This document shows, piece after piece, positions 1 through 13,061 of a stretch of 64,000 nucleotides of DNA. How positions within the stretch are numbered: position 1 is the stretch's first letter; each line of letters begins with the position of its first letter. The notes below the pieces were generated by a model. That model was not told the origin of the DNA and searched no databases. It was given only the letters and a program-made list of their open reading frames with translations. The stretch comes from Lophium mytilinum (taxonomy: Eukaryota). The stretch covers positions 1,746,801 through 1,810,800 of the forward strand of contig MU004184.1 in the NCBI GenBank assembly GCA_010093605.1. The letters are read 5' to 3'. The position numbers and the translations under genes are program-made.

Positions 1-181
1 GACTGCTCTGTGTCCCCGGATTGCCCCTATTTTCCGTCACCGGGGGCTATTCCTGCTATTCCTGGCCGCCGAGAGACGCATAGTCAGCCTTGCCCAGAGG
101 CCCCAGCGTCGTTCTGCCAGGCTGCAAAACCTCAAATCTCCAGACGTCCATGCATCACCAACAACTCGACCGTCCAACACA

Positions 182-1433
182 ATGTCGCTCGTCTCTGGCC
201 CCGGCCGCGGGGGCGGTTCCGACAGTGCTTTGCCCCAGGAGCTGCAGCTCTTCGTCGACAAGCACGTCCGCTACATCCAGAGCCTCGACAAGGTGCGCAG
301 CGCTGGTCTTACCCTCGCCCCAAGCAGCTGTTCTCTACGCCCCGAGCCTCTTGGCTGACCTCGCAACAGCGCAAAGATGAGCTTGAGTACTGGCTGACAG
401 AGCACCTGCGTCTCAACGGCCTGTACTGGGGCTTGACGGCTCTACATCTGCTCGGCCATCCCGACGCCCTCCCACGCAACGAGGTCGTCGACTTTGTGCT
501 GTCGTGTCTGCATGACAGCGGTGGCTTCGGGGCCGCCCCAGGCCACGACGCGCACATGCTTTACACGGTGAGCGCCGTCCAAATCCTCGCCACGCTGGAT
601 GCCTTTGACGACCTGGAAGCGCGCGTCGAGGGTGGCAGGCGGAAGGTTGCCCAGTGTAAGTGCGGCCCTTTGAGCCCCCGATTAGTGTTGCTGACTCTCC
701 AGTCATTGCCAACTTGCAAGATGCCAAGAGCGGCACCTTCGCCGGCGACGAATGGGCCGAATGCGACACGCGCTTCCTCTACGGTGCTCTCAACGCCTTG
801 TCACTCTTGGGTCACATGGACCTAATCGATGTAGACAAGGCCGTCGACCACGTGAAAACCTGCGCTAACTTTGACGGCGGCTATGGCACCGGCCCTGGTG
901 CCGAGTCTCACGCCGGCCAAATCTTTACCTGTGTAGGTGCTCTGTCCATCGCTGGCCGTCTCGATCTGGTAGATCGAGACAAGCTAGGGGGATGGCTGAG
1001 CGAGAGGCAGCTGAAGAATGGCGGACTGAACGGTAGGCCGGAGAAGAAAGAAGATGTGTGCTACAGTTGGTGGGTTGCTAGCAGCCTTGCCATGATTGAC
1101 AGACTGCACTGGATTGACCAAAGCAAACTGACTGCTTTCATTTTGAGCTGTCAGGTAGGTGATCAGACGGCCTCTACCAAACTCCGCCTGACTGGTGTAG
1201 GACCCTGAACTGGGCGGGCTGGCAGACAGACCCGGGGACATGGTGGATGTCTTCCATACCCATTTCGGAATCGCCGGATTGAGCCTCCTCAAGTTCCCAG
1301 GCCTGGCCGAGATAGATCCCATCTAGTAAGTCGTTGCCGTTTTGAAGAAAGGAGAACGTGAATCCTGGGATCGGGCTGACGCTAACGCAGCTGCATGCCG
1401 TTGTCGGTAACGCGACGTATGGTGGGGAAGTGA
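182..1433 (+). CDS. BET2: Rab geranylgeranyltransferase (type II) beta subunit, 5 exons
   Basis: Spliced reading MSLVSGPG...[37 protein letters not shown]...[21 protein letters not shown]...[10 protein letters not shown]...ESHAGQ...[16 protein letters not shown]...[15 protein letters not shown]; prenyltransferase repeats; GT-AG introns with CTRAC branch sites. Confidence 0.95.
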
Positions 1434-2224
1434 AATAGGGGCTCTTTAGAGAACTGCTCAGTGTCTCTTCAGAGGTCTGTGTACACATCTTTGTCATCGT
1501 TGACGTGCTTTAATGGTGTCCTATACATCTAGCCGAGATGGAACATGCTCACCACGTAGACAAACTCGCAGCTTAGGCGTAAAGACAATGGACACTTGCT
1601 GCTGTCATGTGCTCCAGTATACTCTGGAAAGTCCAGGGACGATGTAATGATGCGAGGCTGGGGAGCTTTCAAGGTTTGGCACGGTGTGCTTCGGGGCCAC
1701 TTCCGAGATCACCGACTTGACGTATCGGCCTGATTAGGCTGTCTTTGACGATAGTTACACAGCTTGATGGATGATAGACTGTAGACCGCCTCAGCCCCGC
1801 GGCCGATGTCGCTGTAGATTAGAGCTAGAAGCCCTCCCGCTATCTAATACCTCCCGTCTCCTGCTCATGAGACGCGGGATACAAAGCCGGGGGAGAGCGA
1901 AGCCGTTGAGCGGTCACGATTGCGTCCACACGTGGCGTACCCTCTCCTCTCGACGGCTACATAATCAATCTTTCCTCGTCGCCCTGTTCTTCCTTCTTCA
2001 CCGTCTAGCAAACAAGCCCTATGCCGCGGCAGTAGTCTCCAACCAACCTTGGGCGGCCCCTCATCGCTGCTCGCTCCGAACCTCGTCTCTCTTCCTTCTC
2101 GACACCAACCAGCCCGCTCCTTTCTCCATCATACACTCTCTCAGCACCCAAGCACTCTCCTTTGCACCTCTCTAATCTTGCTTGCCGACTACCTCTATAT
2201 CCCACTCCCCATTGCCTCGCCAGC

Positions 2225-3699
2225 ATGCCCGTCACTGGCACCATTCCCTTGCATTGCAACATATGCCCAAAGAAACCAAACTTCAGCGATGTTTCCCACC
2301 TCCTGACTCACATAGCCAGCAAAGGCCATCTGTCACACTACTACAAAGTCAAGGTCCGTTCCAGCTCCGAAGACGCGTCTCGCCGCCTCATTGAGGCCTA
2401 CGACCGATGGTACGCCGAATGGAACGTCGAGAATCTGATGTCGGACCGGATGAGCCAGAAGGATAAGAAACGCACCCGAGCCCGCCCATCCAGTAAGTTC
2501 CTCCTCGCCTTTAACGTAGTCTGATGTCTGACTGCGTTCCTCTTGCTGCAGATCGAGCCTCATCTACCTCTACGTCGACGGCTCCGGCGGCCCCGCATCG
2601 GTCTCGGCCACGCTCTTCGCTCAACCCGCTTGACCCTCGTCTATCTGAGAATGCTGTCAAGGTGGAAGATCACACGCCCACTCCTCCTCCCATGCTTGAC
2701 CAGGCTATCCGTCACCGGTCCTTCGCCCCCGGGATGCAACTCTGGCCACCGTCACGCTCGCTTTCTCGACGCTATGGAAGTCCTGACTACGAGGATGATG
2801 ACAGCATCTCAGAGCCCGTTGGTAGACGTGCATACTACTATGGGGCTAACGAGTCCGCCATTATGGACGATGATACTACAACCGTCACCACCGAGGAGAG
2901 CACCATGAGCGAGTGCACAAAGCTGAAGGGTGTGTATTGGCCAGGTATGGACATCTTTGACTCTGCCACCCCAGAGATGAGACGGAAGAGAAACCAGAAA
3001 AAGGACAGCTCTGTGCTGGAGCAGCTCGAGGTCAACTCCAAGGAGGTCGAACCTACCGAGATCATCTTCACACCCCAAGGCACTTTCAAGAAGCAGCGTA
3101 GAATCTCCGGCTCAAGCTTTGAGGAGAGCAGCCCTATCAAGCTTGAGAACTCCCCGAAGCGACCTTTCGTCACTCGCCCGGTGCTTGCTGAGATGGACAC
3201 CAACCGTCCCCGACGCACTCGGCAGCACATACGCCAAGGCACGTTTCCAGGCGCCATACGCAACAACTACGATGGTGCAAGTTCAGGTCTCGACTTTGAA
3301 TACGGCGACTTCGGTCAGAAGAAGAAGGGCGCATTCGATGTCTTTCAAGATCAGGAGGTAACCTTCGCACATCCAGCGGGCTTCAACTACCTCACATCCG
3401 AGTTCCACTACACGCCACCAGCACCATCTCCTGCTTTTTCGTTCAAGCCGCTTGCGAATGGTTTCCAGTACGACAACAAAGAGAACGTGGATACTCTGCA
3501 TCACCAGCCGGGGTTCTATGGTGGCGGCCTTCCCTTCCCTCAACCTCACTTCCACCACGCCCCTTCCGGACACGATCCGCATGGCTTGTACTACAGCAGC
3601 AATCAGATGAGCAACTACTTCAACGCCTATCACCCACAAGACGAAGAAGTCGACGACCAGCGGACCTTAACGGCCCCGCCATCCCCGTGTCCACATTAG
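2225..3699 (+). CDS. Conserved fungal hypothetical protein with N-terminal C2H2-like zinc finger, 2 exons
   Basis: MPVTGTIPLHCNICPKKPNFSDVSHLLTHIASKGHLSHYY (CxxC...H...H); intron ~2493-2550; second exon has KLKGVYWPGMDIFDSATPEMRRKRNQKKD block. Confidence 0.85.
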
Positions 3700-4570
3700 A
3701 CACATTGCTGGCCACGTCTATTCGACCTACTCTATCTTCCGTTTATTCTCGGTCGTCTCAATAGTTTGAATGGTCTTGCTTTTCTGTCGGTCGCTACAGC
3801 AGTTGAATTGTTTGCTTTTCCTTTCCTTTTTCGTCTGTCGCTAAAGCCGTTGAATCGCTCTCACGTTTTTTGGGATCATCATTTACGCGTCATGGCAAGG
3901 CTTTGATGGAGTAAAGTTCTGTCTTCCCCACATTGCTGCCATTGGTCTACTTCCTTTTTTTACAACATGAGCTATACCATTATGAATGTACTGGACGATG
4001 GGAGCGGTAATGTGTGCTCTGTAATGGAAGAGGGTTCTGTGTGTTCTACCATTGTCGTGCGAGCATCGTTGCGTGGAGGGCAGGGGCCATCGCGATGATA
4101 CTTGTAGAACAGAATGGGAATTGCTTGTTTGTTACGATTTGCGAAGATACCTATTTGATTTTCTGAAGCGTTCGCTTTGTGGAGTCGTTTGATACAGTCT
4201 AAGCTAAGGCATGGAATATGATACCCATATATGTTATCTCTAGACTTTCTCTCCCTCTCTCCCTCCGCTCTACCCCTAGTTTCCAACCTCAGGACGACAT
4301 TAACATCCCGGCACACAGATATCAGGACAGCTTCCGGATCTGAAACCTTTTTAGTGCACTGCACTACTACCCTCCTGACCTCCACCAGCGACGATAAACC
4401 ATTCGCTCGGCCGCCGCGTCTCGACAACCTACACCGCCTCCCGGTATCCGGGCTGCTACCCAACCTCCAGATACAACAGAAACCACTCGCCATCAACGCA
4501 ATACGACACTGAAACTCCGCCACATCGCCTCACCACATACCCCCTTCCCTCTTTCCTCCCTCTCCATTCC

Positions 4571-5663
4571 TCAAACCCCCTCCCCACCATTCACCCACCG
4601 ATAAACCACCCCCAACCCGAGCGCACTCCCACTCATCAGCGCGCCGCTGAACGCAAAGAGCCCCACCCGCTGCGGCGTGCTCAGCGCCTCGAACAAGGGA
4701 TACGGGTAAAAACCGTTATGCGAGTAGCACAACTCAACCCAGAACCAGTACGCGAAAGCTAGGAACGTGCTGGTGAGGAAAGCGGGCAGCCCGACCGTGC
4801 GGGGCGGCGAGAGGAGGAGGAGGTCTAGCACAAGGAAGAGCGAGGGAAGGGCGTGGAAGGAGATGTCTGCGGGGAGGGTGTTAGTATATTGGGGGGATCA
4901 GAGAATATTGGGAAAGTACCGGCGGGGAGGGTGAGGGGGTCCGCCCAGTCGGGCATTACTAAGGACGCGTCGGTCTGGGGAGCTGTCAGTGAAGGCCTAG
5001 GAGAGCGGGTTGCGGGTTGAGGGGGAAGAGCGGAGGGGGAAATGGGGACGTACGAAGCGTAACGTCCAGTACAGGATGCTGATTAGGACCTCGAGGGGGG
5101 CGGCGGTCGCGGCGAGGGTGTTTTTGATGGAGAAGAGGCGGCGGGATGAGGTTAGGTCGGCGGCGAGGCCGAAGAGGAAGGCGGTGGCGGCGACGGTTAG
5201 GCCGATGATGGTGAGGAATTGGAAGTGCCAGCCGTAGGATTCGGAGCTGGGGGGTGTTAGTCGGAGTTGGGAGGGGTGTGGGAAATTCTGGGATTGGGGG
5301 ATGATATTGATGGTTGAAAGTAGATGGCCCCTATTCAGGTAGCGAGACGGAAATTGATATGGTATAGAATTTTGAGAACACCTACATGGGATTTGGAAAA
5401 TCGAAGAGACTGCACATGACATCAGTATTCTATAATCCCGCAACTATTCTACCAGATCAGAAATACTCACTACTTATACGAATAAGAAAAGCTCGCGAGT
5501 CCAATGACCTAGATCCTATCAGCATGAAAGTTTTCTTCTTGTACAAAAAGCTTTTGAGTCGTCGGCGTACATGAATCAAAGCAGATATCCCTGTCGAAGG
5601 GGACTCAAGACGCTGAAGCGGATGCTTCCGGCTCAGCTCTTGAGAAATCTTAGTGGCACTCAT
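4571..5663 (-). CDS. FAR-17a/AIG1-like integral membrane protein, multi-exon
   Basis: Spliced: MSATK...RKHPLQRLESPSTGISALIH|VIGLASFSYSYKY|LFDFPNPI|SESYGWHFQFLTIIGL...APLEVLISILYW...DISFHALP...NGFYPYPLFE; QFLT, H and YPYP motifs typical of the family. Confidence 0.88.
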
Positions 5664-6252
5664 CGTGATGACGTTTGAAACACTCCAATGCAAAGTAATA
5701 GCCGGAATTCTGGATGGAAAGGCAAGATCGATGAGCAAGGAAAGTATTCAGAGAAATTTTGGCCGAGGAGCGCGAGACGTTGCCGGTGGGTCCATGCTGG
5801 CACTGTGTTTCGTTCCAAGGTTTGATTGGCTGAGGCCCTCAGCTTAAGTCCGACGACAACTCAAGAGTTTTACGAGACATTGCAATCGTACTGCTGTAGG
5901 AAGGATGCAATTGCATCACGGAGGCCCTATAATGTAACTCAACTGTATATCCCAATCAGGTCATGTCACATGATAAGATTCAGTACCTCGAGATAAGTAT
6001 ATCTCCTATTTCCATTCTATCTCCGTCATCGAGGCATCTAGAGCGATCAAAGGAAATGGAACCGATCAGCTTTTGCATGACGTCTGTGTGAACATTACAT
6101 TTAAGCTATGGAGCTACTACTCCGGGACTCCGCAATCCTTGTCTCCTCTATTCTCAAGATTTATTAAATGCCCGACTACGTCCCCGCATAGCTCTTCTTC
6201 AGTTTCATACACACCAAGACCTATCTAAGTCAGCATGACATCAAACAGCACA

Positions 6253-7475
6253 ATGGCGCCCTCAAACATCCCAGAAACCATGCTCGCCGCCCAAATCGAA
6301 GAGGTAAGTACTCCCCCTCCCTCGAACAGCCCATCCCCTAAACACTCCCCCAGTTCCACAAACCCTACAAACTCAACACCATCCCCGTCCCGTCCCAGCT
6401 CGGCCCCCATGACATCCTCGTCCGCACCGCCGTCGCTTCCCTCTGCCACACCGACTTCATGGCCCTCGAAGGCATCATGAACTCGCCCCTCCCCGTCACC
6501 GGCTCGCACGAAGGCAGCGGCACCGTCGCCGCCGTCGGCTCCTCTGTCAACGACTTCGCGCCCGGCGACCGCGTCATGTGCAACCTCCTCTACTCCCTCT
6601 GCGGTAAATGCGGTGACTGCAAGGGCCCCGAGAACTACTCGCAGTACTGCACGCAGCACGGCGGCCACCTGGGCATCACGAGAGATGGCAATTTTGCGGA
6701 GTATGTCAAGGTTGATGCGCGGACGGCAGCGAAGTTGCCGGATAATCTGAGCTTTGAGACGGCGGCGCCGTTGGCGTGTGCGGGGTGTACGGCGTATCGA
6801 GGGATTCTGCAGGCGAAAGCGGAGCTGAAGGCGGGGGAGTGGATTGGGATTGTGGGGAGTGGTGGTGGGCTGGGGCATTTGGGGGTGCAGTTTGCGAAAG
6901 CGCTGGGCGTGAAGACAGTGGGCATTGAGGCGCGGGATGTGGGGATTGAGCTTACGAAGAAGGCTGGGGCGGATGCGGTGGTGGATGCTAGGATTGGCAA
7001 TGAAAAGGTTGTGGAGGAGGTGAAGAGGCTTACGGGGAGCGATGGGGTGGGAGCGACAGTAGTCTTGAGTGATGCGAAGGGGGCGGCGGCACTGAGCTGT
7101 GCGATTACGAGGATGCATGGGACGGTCATTCAGATTGCGCAGGTAAGTTCACGATTGATTAGTGCGCATGTCGTGAGTATAGTTGCTAACGAACAGACCT
7201 AGCCCAAAGAGTTCTCGATTCCCTTCCACGAACTAGTCTTTCGGGATATCAGGGTAAAAGGGTCCCTCATCTGCTCTGTACAGGAGGCGCGCGATATGCT
7301 CGAGCTGGTTGGGAAGCACAAGATTTCCGTCAACACTAATGCATTCACTGGGCTAAAAGAGTTGCCGAAATTGTTTGAATTAGCGGAGAGTGGTAAGATG
7401 AAAGGTAAAGGCATCATAATCGTGGATCCAGAGCAGATCAAGAAGGAGAAGGCGTCGGGGCTGGAGATGGTGTAA
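6253..7475 (+). CDS. Zinc-dependent alcohol dehydrogenase (MDR family), 3 exons
   Basis: SLCHTD, GSHEGSG, CGKCGDC..C structural Zn site, APLACAG, GSGGGLGHLGVQFAKALG Rossmann motif; introns near 6304-6353 and 7143-7202. Confidence 0.93.
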
Positions 7476-8601
7476 GGGTTTCGAGGCCCTCCGAGCTGGA
7501 AACAAGAGGTCAGATCGAATATAATCAATGTCCAGGATGACGGCCCCAAGCTACGGTTGGAACATCACTTCTTGTTATGCACGCCGCGCCCACGCAAATT
7601 TCTATCACACGGTTGATTTCGTTACTTCTTCCAACACTTTCTCCGTTAACATCAACTAAGTGACTTCACGTAATCATCACTTTGCTTCCTTTACCCTCCT
7701 AAACCTAGCCACGAATCGCGGCAGATGGTTGAAGATAATTTACGCCAAGCGAATCCCACCCCGCGTACACGTCGTGTCAATTAGAAATATGTTCACGCGG
7801 TTCGATTCGTGACTTCTTTCTACAAAAGGACCGTCAGTGTTTACGGACGTGCTCCACGATTCCCTCTTCGGCTTCACGTCGACTTCGCAAATGCTACCCA
7901 ACTTATGGGGACCTCTGGCGAAGGACAATGTGGAACTACGAAGAGGTCAAATTGTGCATGTCCACCCCGTCTGCAAAAAGCCCGTTCATACGGTTAGATT
8001 CGTTACTGTTTCCAACAAAAGACGCTGTACGTCCACGGACATGCTTCACGAGCTGTTGGTCGCTTTCTCTGAACACTATCACCTTAGGTCCAGTAGCATG
8101 GCTCAGGATTGTGGTAGATTTTAGGGTACGCATTAGTCAATATATTCCTCCAAATTTCCACACATTTCACACCGAGAAAACTTACATAGTCTGCGGACTG
8201 ATCGCTTCGAAGCTTCTTCCAAGGATTCCTTCCGGCGGCCACCAAAAGGTGGTGGGCTCACTCCAATGAGCACCAGGTTTTGCTTACCTAATGTCCTGGA
8301 TTGAGTGCTGCTAGTGTTTACTATGCTCATATATTTCTGCTCTTTTTTTTTGAGAGGCCCACAGTTTACTTCGTAGGACTATCTTTTGTCACCATTCTAG
8401 TTCCCTAGAGCGTGGTATTTAGTAGTGATAGTTTTCCATGTCAGACCTGATGTTTCTATCTAACCTGCTGTAACCAAATGAAATCGAAAGTTGGATATCA
8501 TGACCCTCGTTGCCTAACCGCTCGTGCCTATCACGCCCCTAATTCCCGACTCCCATTCCTCTCAATCCCAATTCCCAGACCATTTCTCCTAGACATTGTC
8601 T

Positions 8602-9452
8602 CTACGACCCCACGGCATGCGCAAACACCTTCGCCGCAAGATCGCTCAACAACCTCGCCTTATCCGCCTGCGGCAACTCACCAAACACCGCATAAACACT
8701 CTTTCCCCTCGCATCCCTCACCGCCCCCAACCTATTTCCAGCAACCGCGCCGGCCACAGCGCCCGGGAAGTTCGCAACAATGAACCCCATCGCGCCTCCA
8801 CTAAGCCCCCCAACCACGCTCCAGAATTTCCCCGTTGGCGACGCCTTCTCTCCCTCCGCCATCCCCTCCTCCCGCAGCATCTCCTCAAATACTCCGCCAA
8901 ACTGCTCTTGCGAGAAGCGGTCGTGCTCCTCCGCAGACGGCTGGGTGCCACTACCACCGCCGAAGCCGAAGGCCGACCAAGGGAACCCGCCGCCACCGCC
9001 AGAGGGGCGCGGGACCTCTTCTTCGTAGTCTGGGGAGGCGGAGGGGGGTCCGCCGAAGCCGTGGTATGTGCGGGCGGCGTCGTAGTCGCGGCGACGGGAG
9101 GGGTCGCTGAGGGTGTAGTAGGCGTCGTTTATTTGCTGGAACTTCTTGGTGCGGGCGGTGCGTTCGGGGGAGTCGGAGGGGACACGGTCGGGGTGATAGC
9201 GGAGGGCGGCTCTGTGAAGGGGTGTGTTAGGAGTGGTTCATAGTTGAAGCTTGAGGCATGCGGGACGTACTTCTTGTAGGCATCCCGAACCTGCTGCTGG
9301 GTTGCTTTGGGATCGACTTCTAGAGACGCATCTGAAGGTTTGTGAGCATTTGTGGTAACTACGTATAGGAGGGAGCTTACAGTAGTCTACTGGTGGGGCT
9401 GAAGAGTGTTAGCCTTGCGTGTATAGAGTCGTGCGGTGGACTTACTGGACAT
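8602..9452 (-). CDS. DnaJ (J-domain) protein with C-terminal glycine-rich hydrophobic segment
   Basis: Spliced MSIDYYASLEVDPKATQQQVRDAYKKAALRYHPDRVPSDSPERTARTKKFQQINDAYYTLSDPSRRRDYD (HPD motif); first coding exons 7 nt (9446-9452) and 9 nt (9381-9389). Confidence 0.92.
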
Positions 9453-10129
9453 GGTGGGTATAGCCGGAGGAATTAGAGGCTTGCGTAGAGTATAGGTTGT
9501 TAGATAGTGTAGAGAAAGGCGTATGGGTAATGTTTGTTCAAGACAAGAGGACAGATAGGTTGGGCTGTTCAAGTGTCAAGTTTCGTCAATGACGTCTCAC
9601 ACGCTAGCGGGAGTTTGCGCCACATATTTCACTATGGCGTCTGCTGCGCCACAGATTCTCCAAACTCAACCCAAAAATCTATACGGCCCAACTCACACCG
9701 CTCAGTATGGAAATTCCACCCAATTCGATATAAAAAAGGGTCCCTTTGGGCCAGACCTCTTCCTGCTGCCCAACCAATCGCCACGTAGCACTGATCGCCC
9801 TGAACGACCCCCTTGGCGGTGGCTGGGAGCTGCACCACCTGCATTAACGCAGCGGGGATTCACCAACCACCAAAAAGCGGTCAGTGAGCTACATAAGCCC
9901 ATCAGCGATCTGAACTCTCCCCACGAGCTCGCATACTCCACATTGACGAGCACGACTATCGCATCCTTCAGTGAGGCCAGTGCTTTAGTGACATCTGAAA
10001 CCCCTCACTTAGTTCTCTCATCCTTCAACCCTCGCCACCGCAACTTCAGCTCAGCTCCGGATAGCTGTTCTATTACAATTCTGCGACCAATCCATCTCTG
10101 AAACGATTACAACACATACAGGAGTCATC

Positions 10130-10600
10130 ATGGGCTGGTTCACAGGCTCCAACTCTCGCTCCTCCCACAGCCGCCCCGGGTATGCCCGCTCTTCAGCTGG
10201 CTCGTCGTACTCCACCCACCGCGGCTCCACCTCCTCCTACAAACGCCGCCCGCGCGACGGCTACATCCAATATATGATACACAAATTCAAGCGACTCTTG
10301 CGACAAGTAATGGACTACGCACGCCGCCACCCGTACAAGGTCTTCTTCATGGTCATGATGCCGCTGATCTCGGGCGGGGTGCTACACAAGACCGCCAAGC
10401 AGTTTGGGATTCAGCTGCCGGATTTCCTGAAGGGAAACAGTGCGCATCAAAGTAGAGGAGGTGGGGGATACTATGGTAGTGAGGGGTACGGACGCGAGGA
10501 GATAGGTGGTGGCATGGGTGGTATGGGTGGACTGAGTTCTATTGCGAGCGGTCTGGGCGGAGTGGGCGGCATGGTCAAGATGGCGCAAGCGTTTATGTGA
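10130..10600 (+). CDS. Small hypothetical protein, Ser/Gly-rich with central hydrophobic segment
   Basis: 156-aa ORF, good start context (CATCATGG), coding-like codon use; YKRRPRDGYI...YARRHPYKVFFMVMMPLISGGVL block. Confidence 0.8.
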   Translation: MGWFTGSNSRSSHSRPGYARSSAGSSYSTHRGSTSSYKRRPRDGYIQYMIHKFKRLLRQVMDYARRHPYKVFFMVMMPLISGGVLHKTAKQFGIQLPDFLKGNSAHQSRGGGGYYGSEGYGREEIGGGMGGMGGLSSIASGLGGVGGMVKMAQAFM

Positions 10601-11126
10601 AGTAACGGATGAGATGATACCGTGCGGCGGGCGTTGGCTCGCGCTCTCGGGTTGCGAGCGGCGGGCCAGTGGCAGGATGCTCTCTCGTTACCTGGTCTCC
10701 ACGATTATACCCAGATTGAGATCTTCCGAGGTGGCTCACATTCGAAGATCTCATATTTCATTGGCTCGGCTTGACGAAATTGGACTTAAAGGGGGTTTTA
10801 CTTGGGAGTCTCTACTTTCATTGGCACTATCGGACGGCTTTACGAATCGGCATCTGAAAATTTACGATTGGATATGGCTGGTTCGCCTTGTTCGCTTATT
10901 GTATAAACTTGGTCATCCCAAAAGGAGCTAAGCAAGTGTACAGTACAGTGCATGCAAGGTGGACAGAAACTCGGACTTGTACGAGATGAAAGCGGCTGGT
11001 CTGAGAAGGAACTAGAGGGGAGGATGTTTGCTATTTATTCGATCAAAACTGAAGCATACGTTATGATAATTTGCAATTGTTAAATCTATCTAATTGGCTT
11101 TGCGATTCATGAGTCTAGCTACCAGG

Positions 11127-11181
11127 CACAATGGACTTTAAAATCCGTCCAAATCGCCTACGGATTTCAAAGTCCATTGTG
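11127..11181. repeat. Inverted repeat / hairpin, 22-bp arms (1 mismatch), 11-nt spacer
   Basis: CACAATGGACTTTAAAATCCGT (11127-11148) versus ACGGATTTCAAAGTCCATTGTG (11160-11181). Confidence 0.9.
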
Positions 11182-11729
11182 TTAGAGTTCCTCGAACTGT
11201 AACATCAACTAATCAAGGTTATGAACTTCTTACTTCTCAGCTCAACGACGTACTAACTGCATCTCTGGCCACCGCGAAAGTATGCTCAATGTCTCATGTA
11301 CGACATCAGCCACCATGCATGCCTCGGCTGGACCGCATCTCTCCGCGATAAGAGGCATGCTGAACGCCATCCCGAAAACTAGCTCCTTGGAGGCATCTTG
11401 CCTACAAAAACTCTAGTGAGAACCCGGAAATCAACTCGATATACCGAGAGCCCGAAGCGCGGGGACTCACATTCATTTATCATTGCTAAGCGGATCTTCA
11501 GAAGAGCGCAGCCCATAAGAAGCCATTAGAAGCGAAGCACGTCAGGTGGCCTAAGGCGGGATCCCGCGTCTCTTTCTTCGCCAAACATCTCGTACATAGA
11601 AGGTTGAGCTCATATGTCCTTTCTACATCTGTAGATACCCAAAACGTGTCTCGTTCCCGTCAAAGACTTCATCTTCACGTCTCAGACCCTTTCCTCAGAC
11701 GCAAACCAGACCCTGAACCCTTCTCCGCC

Positions 11730-13061
11730 ATGGCACCTGGACAGAAATATGGCCACCTCTCCGCAATGGGCCCCGAATTTGCCCCTTTCAAACCCATATC
11801 CGACGCTTTCGCAGCAAAACTATGGGACCGGCCGCTCAAGCACACCCGCGCGATGCTGAAGATGCCATTGCCGTTCCCAGACTTCGTTCCCAAGGCCGAC
11901 GAGTTCCAGATCACGGAGCGGACTGTACCCGTCAGAGATGGGACGGAGATCGGGATCAAGATCTATTCGTCTAAGGCTAAGGGAAAGGCGGATGCAGGTG
12001 GTGCAGTGCTGTTTTACGTCATGCATGGAGGCGGGTGGGTTGTTGGGAGTCATGGGATTGAGGAGGTCATGAATCGTTACGTGGCGAGAGATAATGGGGC
12101 CGTGGTAGTGAGTGTGGATTATCGGTTGTAAGTGGCTCTGTGCTTGGAGGTGGAGATTTGAAGCTGATGTGTGGCACAGGGCTCCAGAGTTCAGATATCC
12201 ATATGCGGTCAACGACAGCTTCGATGTCCTTCTATGGGTATATTATCTTTTGACATCTAATGTGAGTGGAAGCTAACCAGGCCTCCAGTGCAAGAACAAC
12301 GCAAAAGAGCTCGGCATAAATTCAGAGCGTATCATAGTCGGTGGAAGCAGTGCTGGTGGTAATCTCGTCAGTCCTCCCGTCCTCGTTCTACCCTCAACAC
12401 CAGTTCATCGCAATCACAGGCCGCAGTGATGGCACTCAAAGCCCGCAACGAGAAAATCACTGGAATCATAGGCCAGATCCTCAATATCCCCGCCACATGC
12501 CACCCGGACTTCTACCCAGCAGAGAAGTACGAGCTAGGCAGCTGGGAGCAAAACAAAGATGCGAGCGGTCTTTCTGGGATGCGAATGCAGTACTTTTGGG
12601 GTAGAGATGTTCGTTTTGTGAGCGAGAGGTCATGAATACTGACTATAGGCCGTAGATCAATACACGCCAGAGCCAACGAGGGAGGAATATGCTAGTCCGC
12701 TACTGGCGAAGTCGCTGGAGGGGTTGCCGCCGGCTCGTGAGTGCTCTACTGCTAACGGTCCTACAAATTAAGAGATTCTAACTACAAGAAGTGATCCAAG
12801 TTGCAGGCCTCGACCCACTGAGAGATGAAGCACTCGCATATGCGGACGCTTTACAAGCAGCAGGGCAAGGACATCGCTTTCCTATTTGACCCTCTCTCTA
12901 ACGAAATCGACAGCGTCCAAGTAACCGTCCAAGTTTATCCGGGCCTCCCCCACGGCTTCGGCGCAATGATGATGCTCGAGACCGCATCGAAGAGATACCA
13001 GAGCGCAAACGTCAACTGGATACGGTATATCACCGACTCGATTGCGAGCTCGAAACTATAG
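11730..13061 (+). CDS. Alpha/beta hydrolase, hormone-sensitive-lipase-like esterase, multi-exon
   Basis: HGGGWVVG oxyanion motif, SVDYRL|APE, GGSSAGGNL nucleophile elbow, AGLDPLRDEA acid and YPGLPHGF His motifs; last intron is GC-AG (12865-12913). Confidence 0.92.

Noticed and set aside
6225..7118. 297-aa antisense ORF over the ADH gene (similarly 41633-42517, 44992-45699, 8596-9243)
   Set aside because: Shadow ORFs caused by GC-rich codon bias on the opposite strand of better-supported genes
7740..8330. Cluster of short ORFs between ADH and DnaJ
   Set aside because: No recognisable motif or consistent splice model; could be a decayed gene but unsupported
9589..10101. 170-aa ORF upstream of the 10130 gene
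   Set aside because: Lies in a divergent promoter/5' UTR region; no motifs and no coding-like bias
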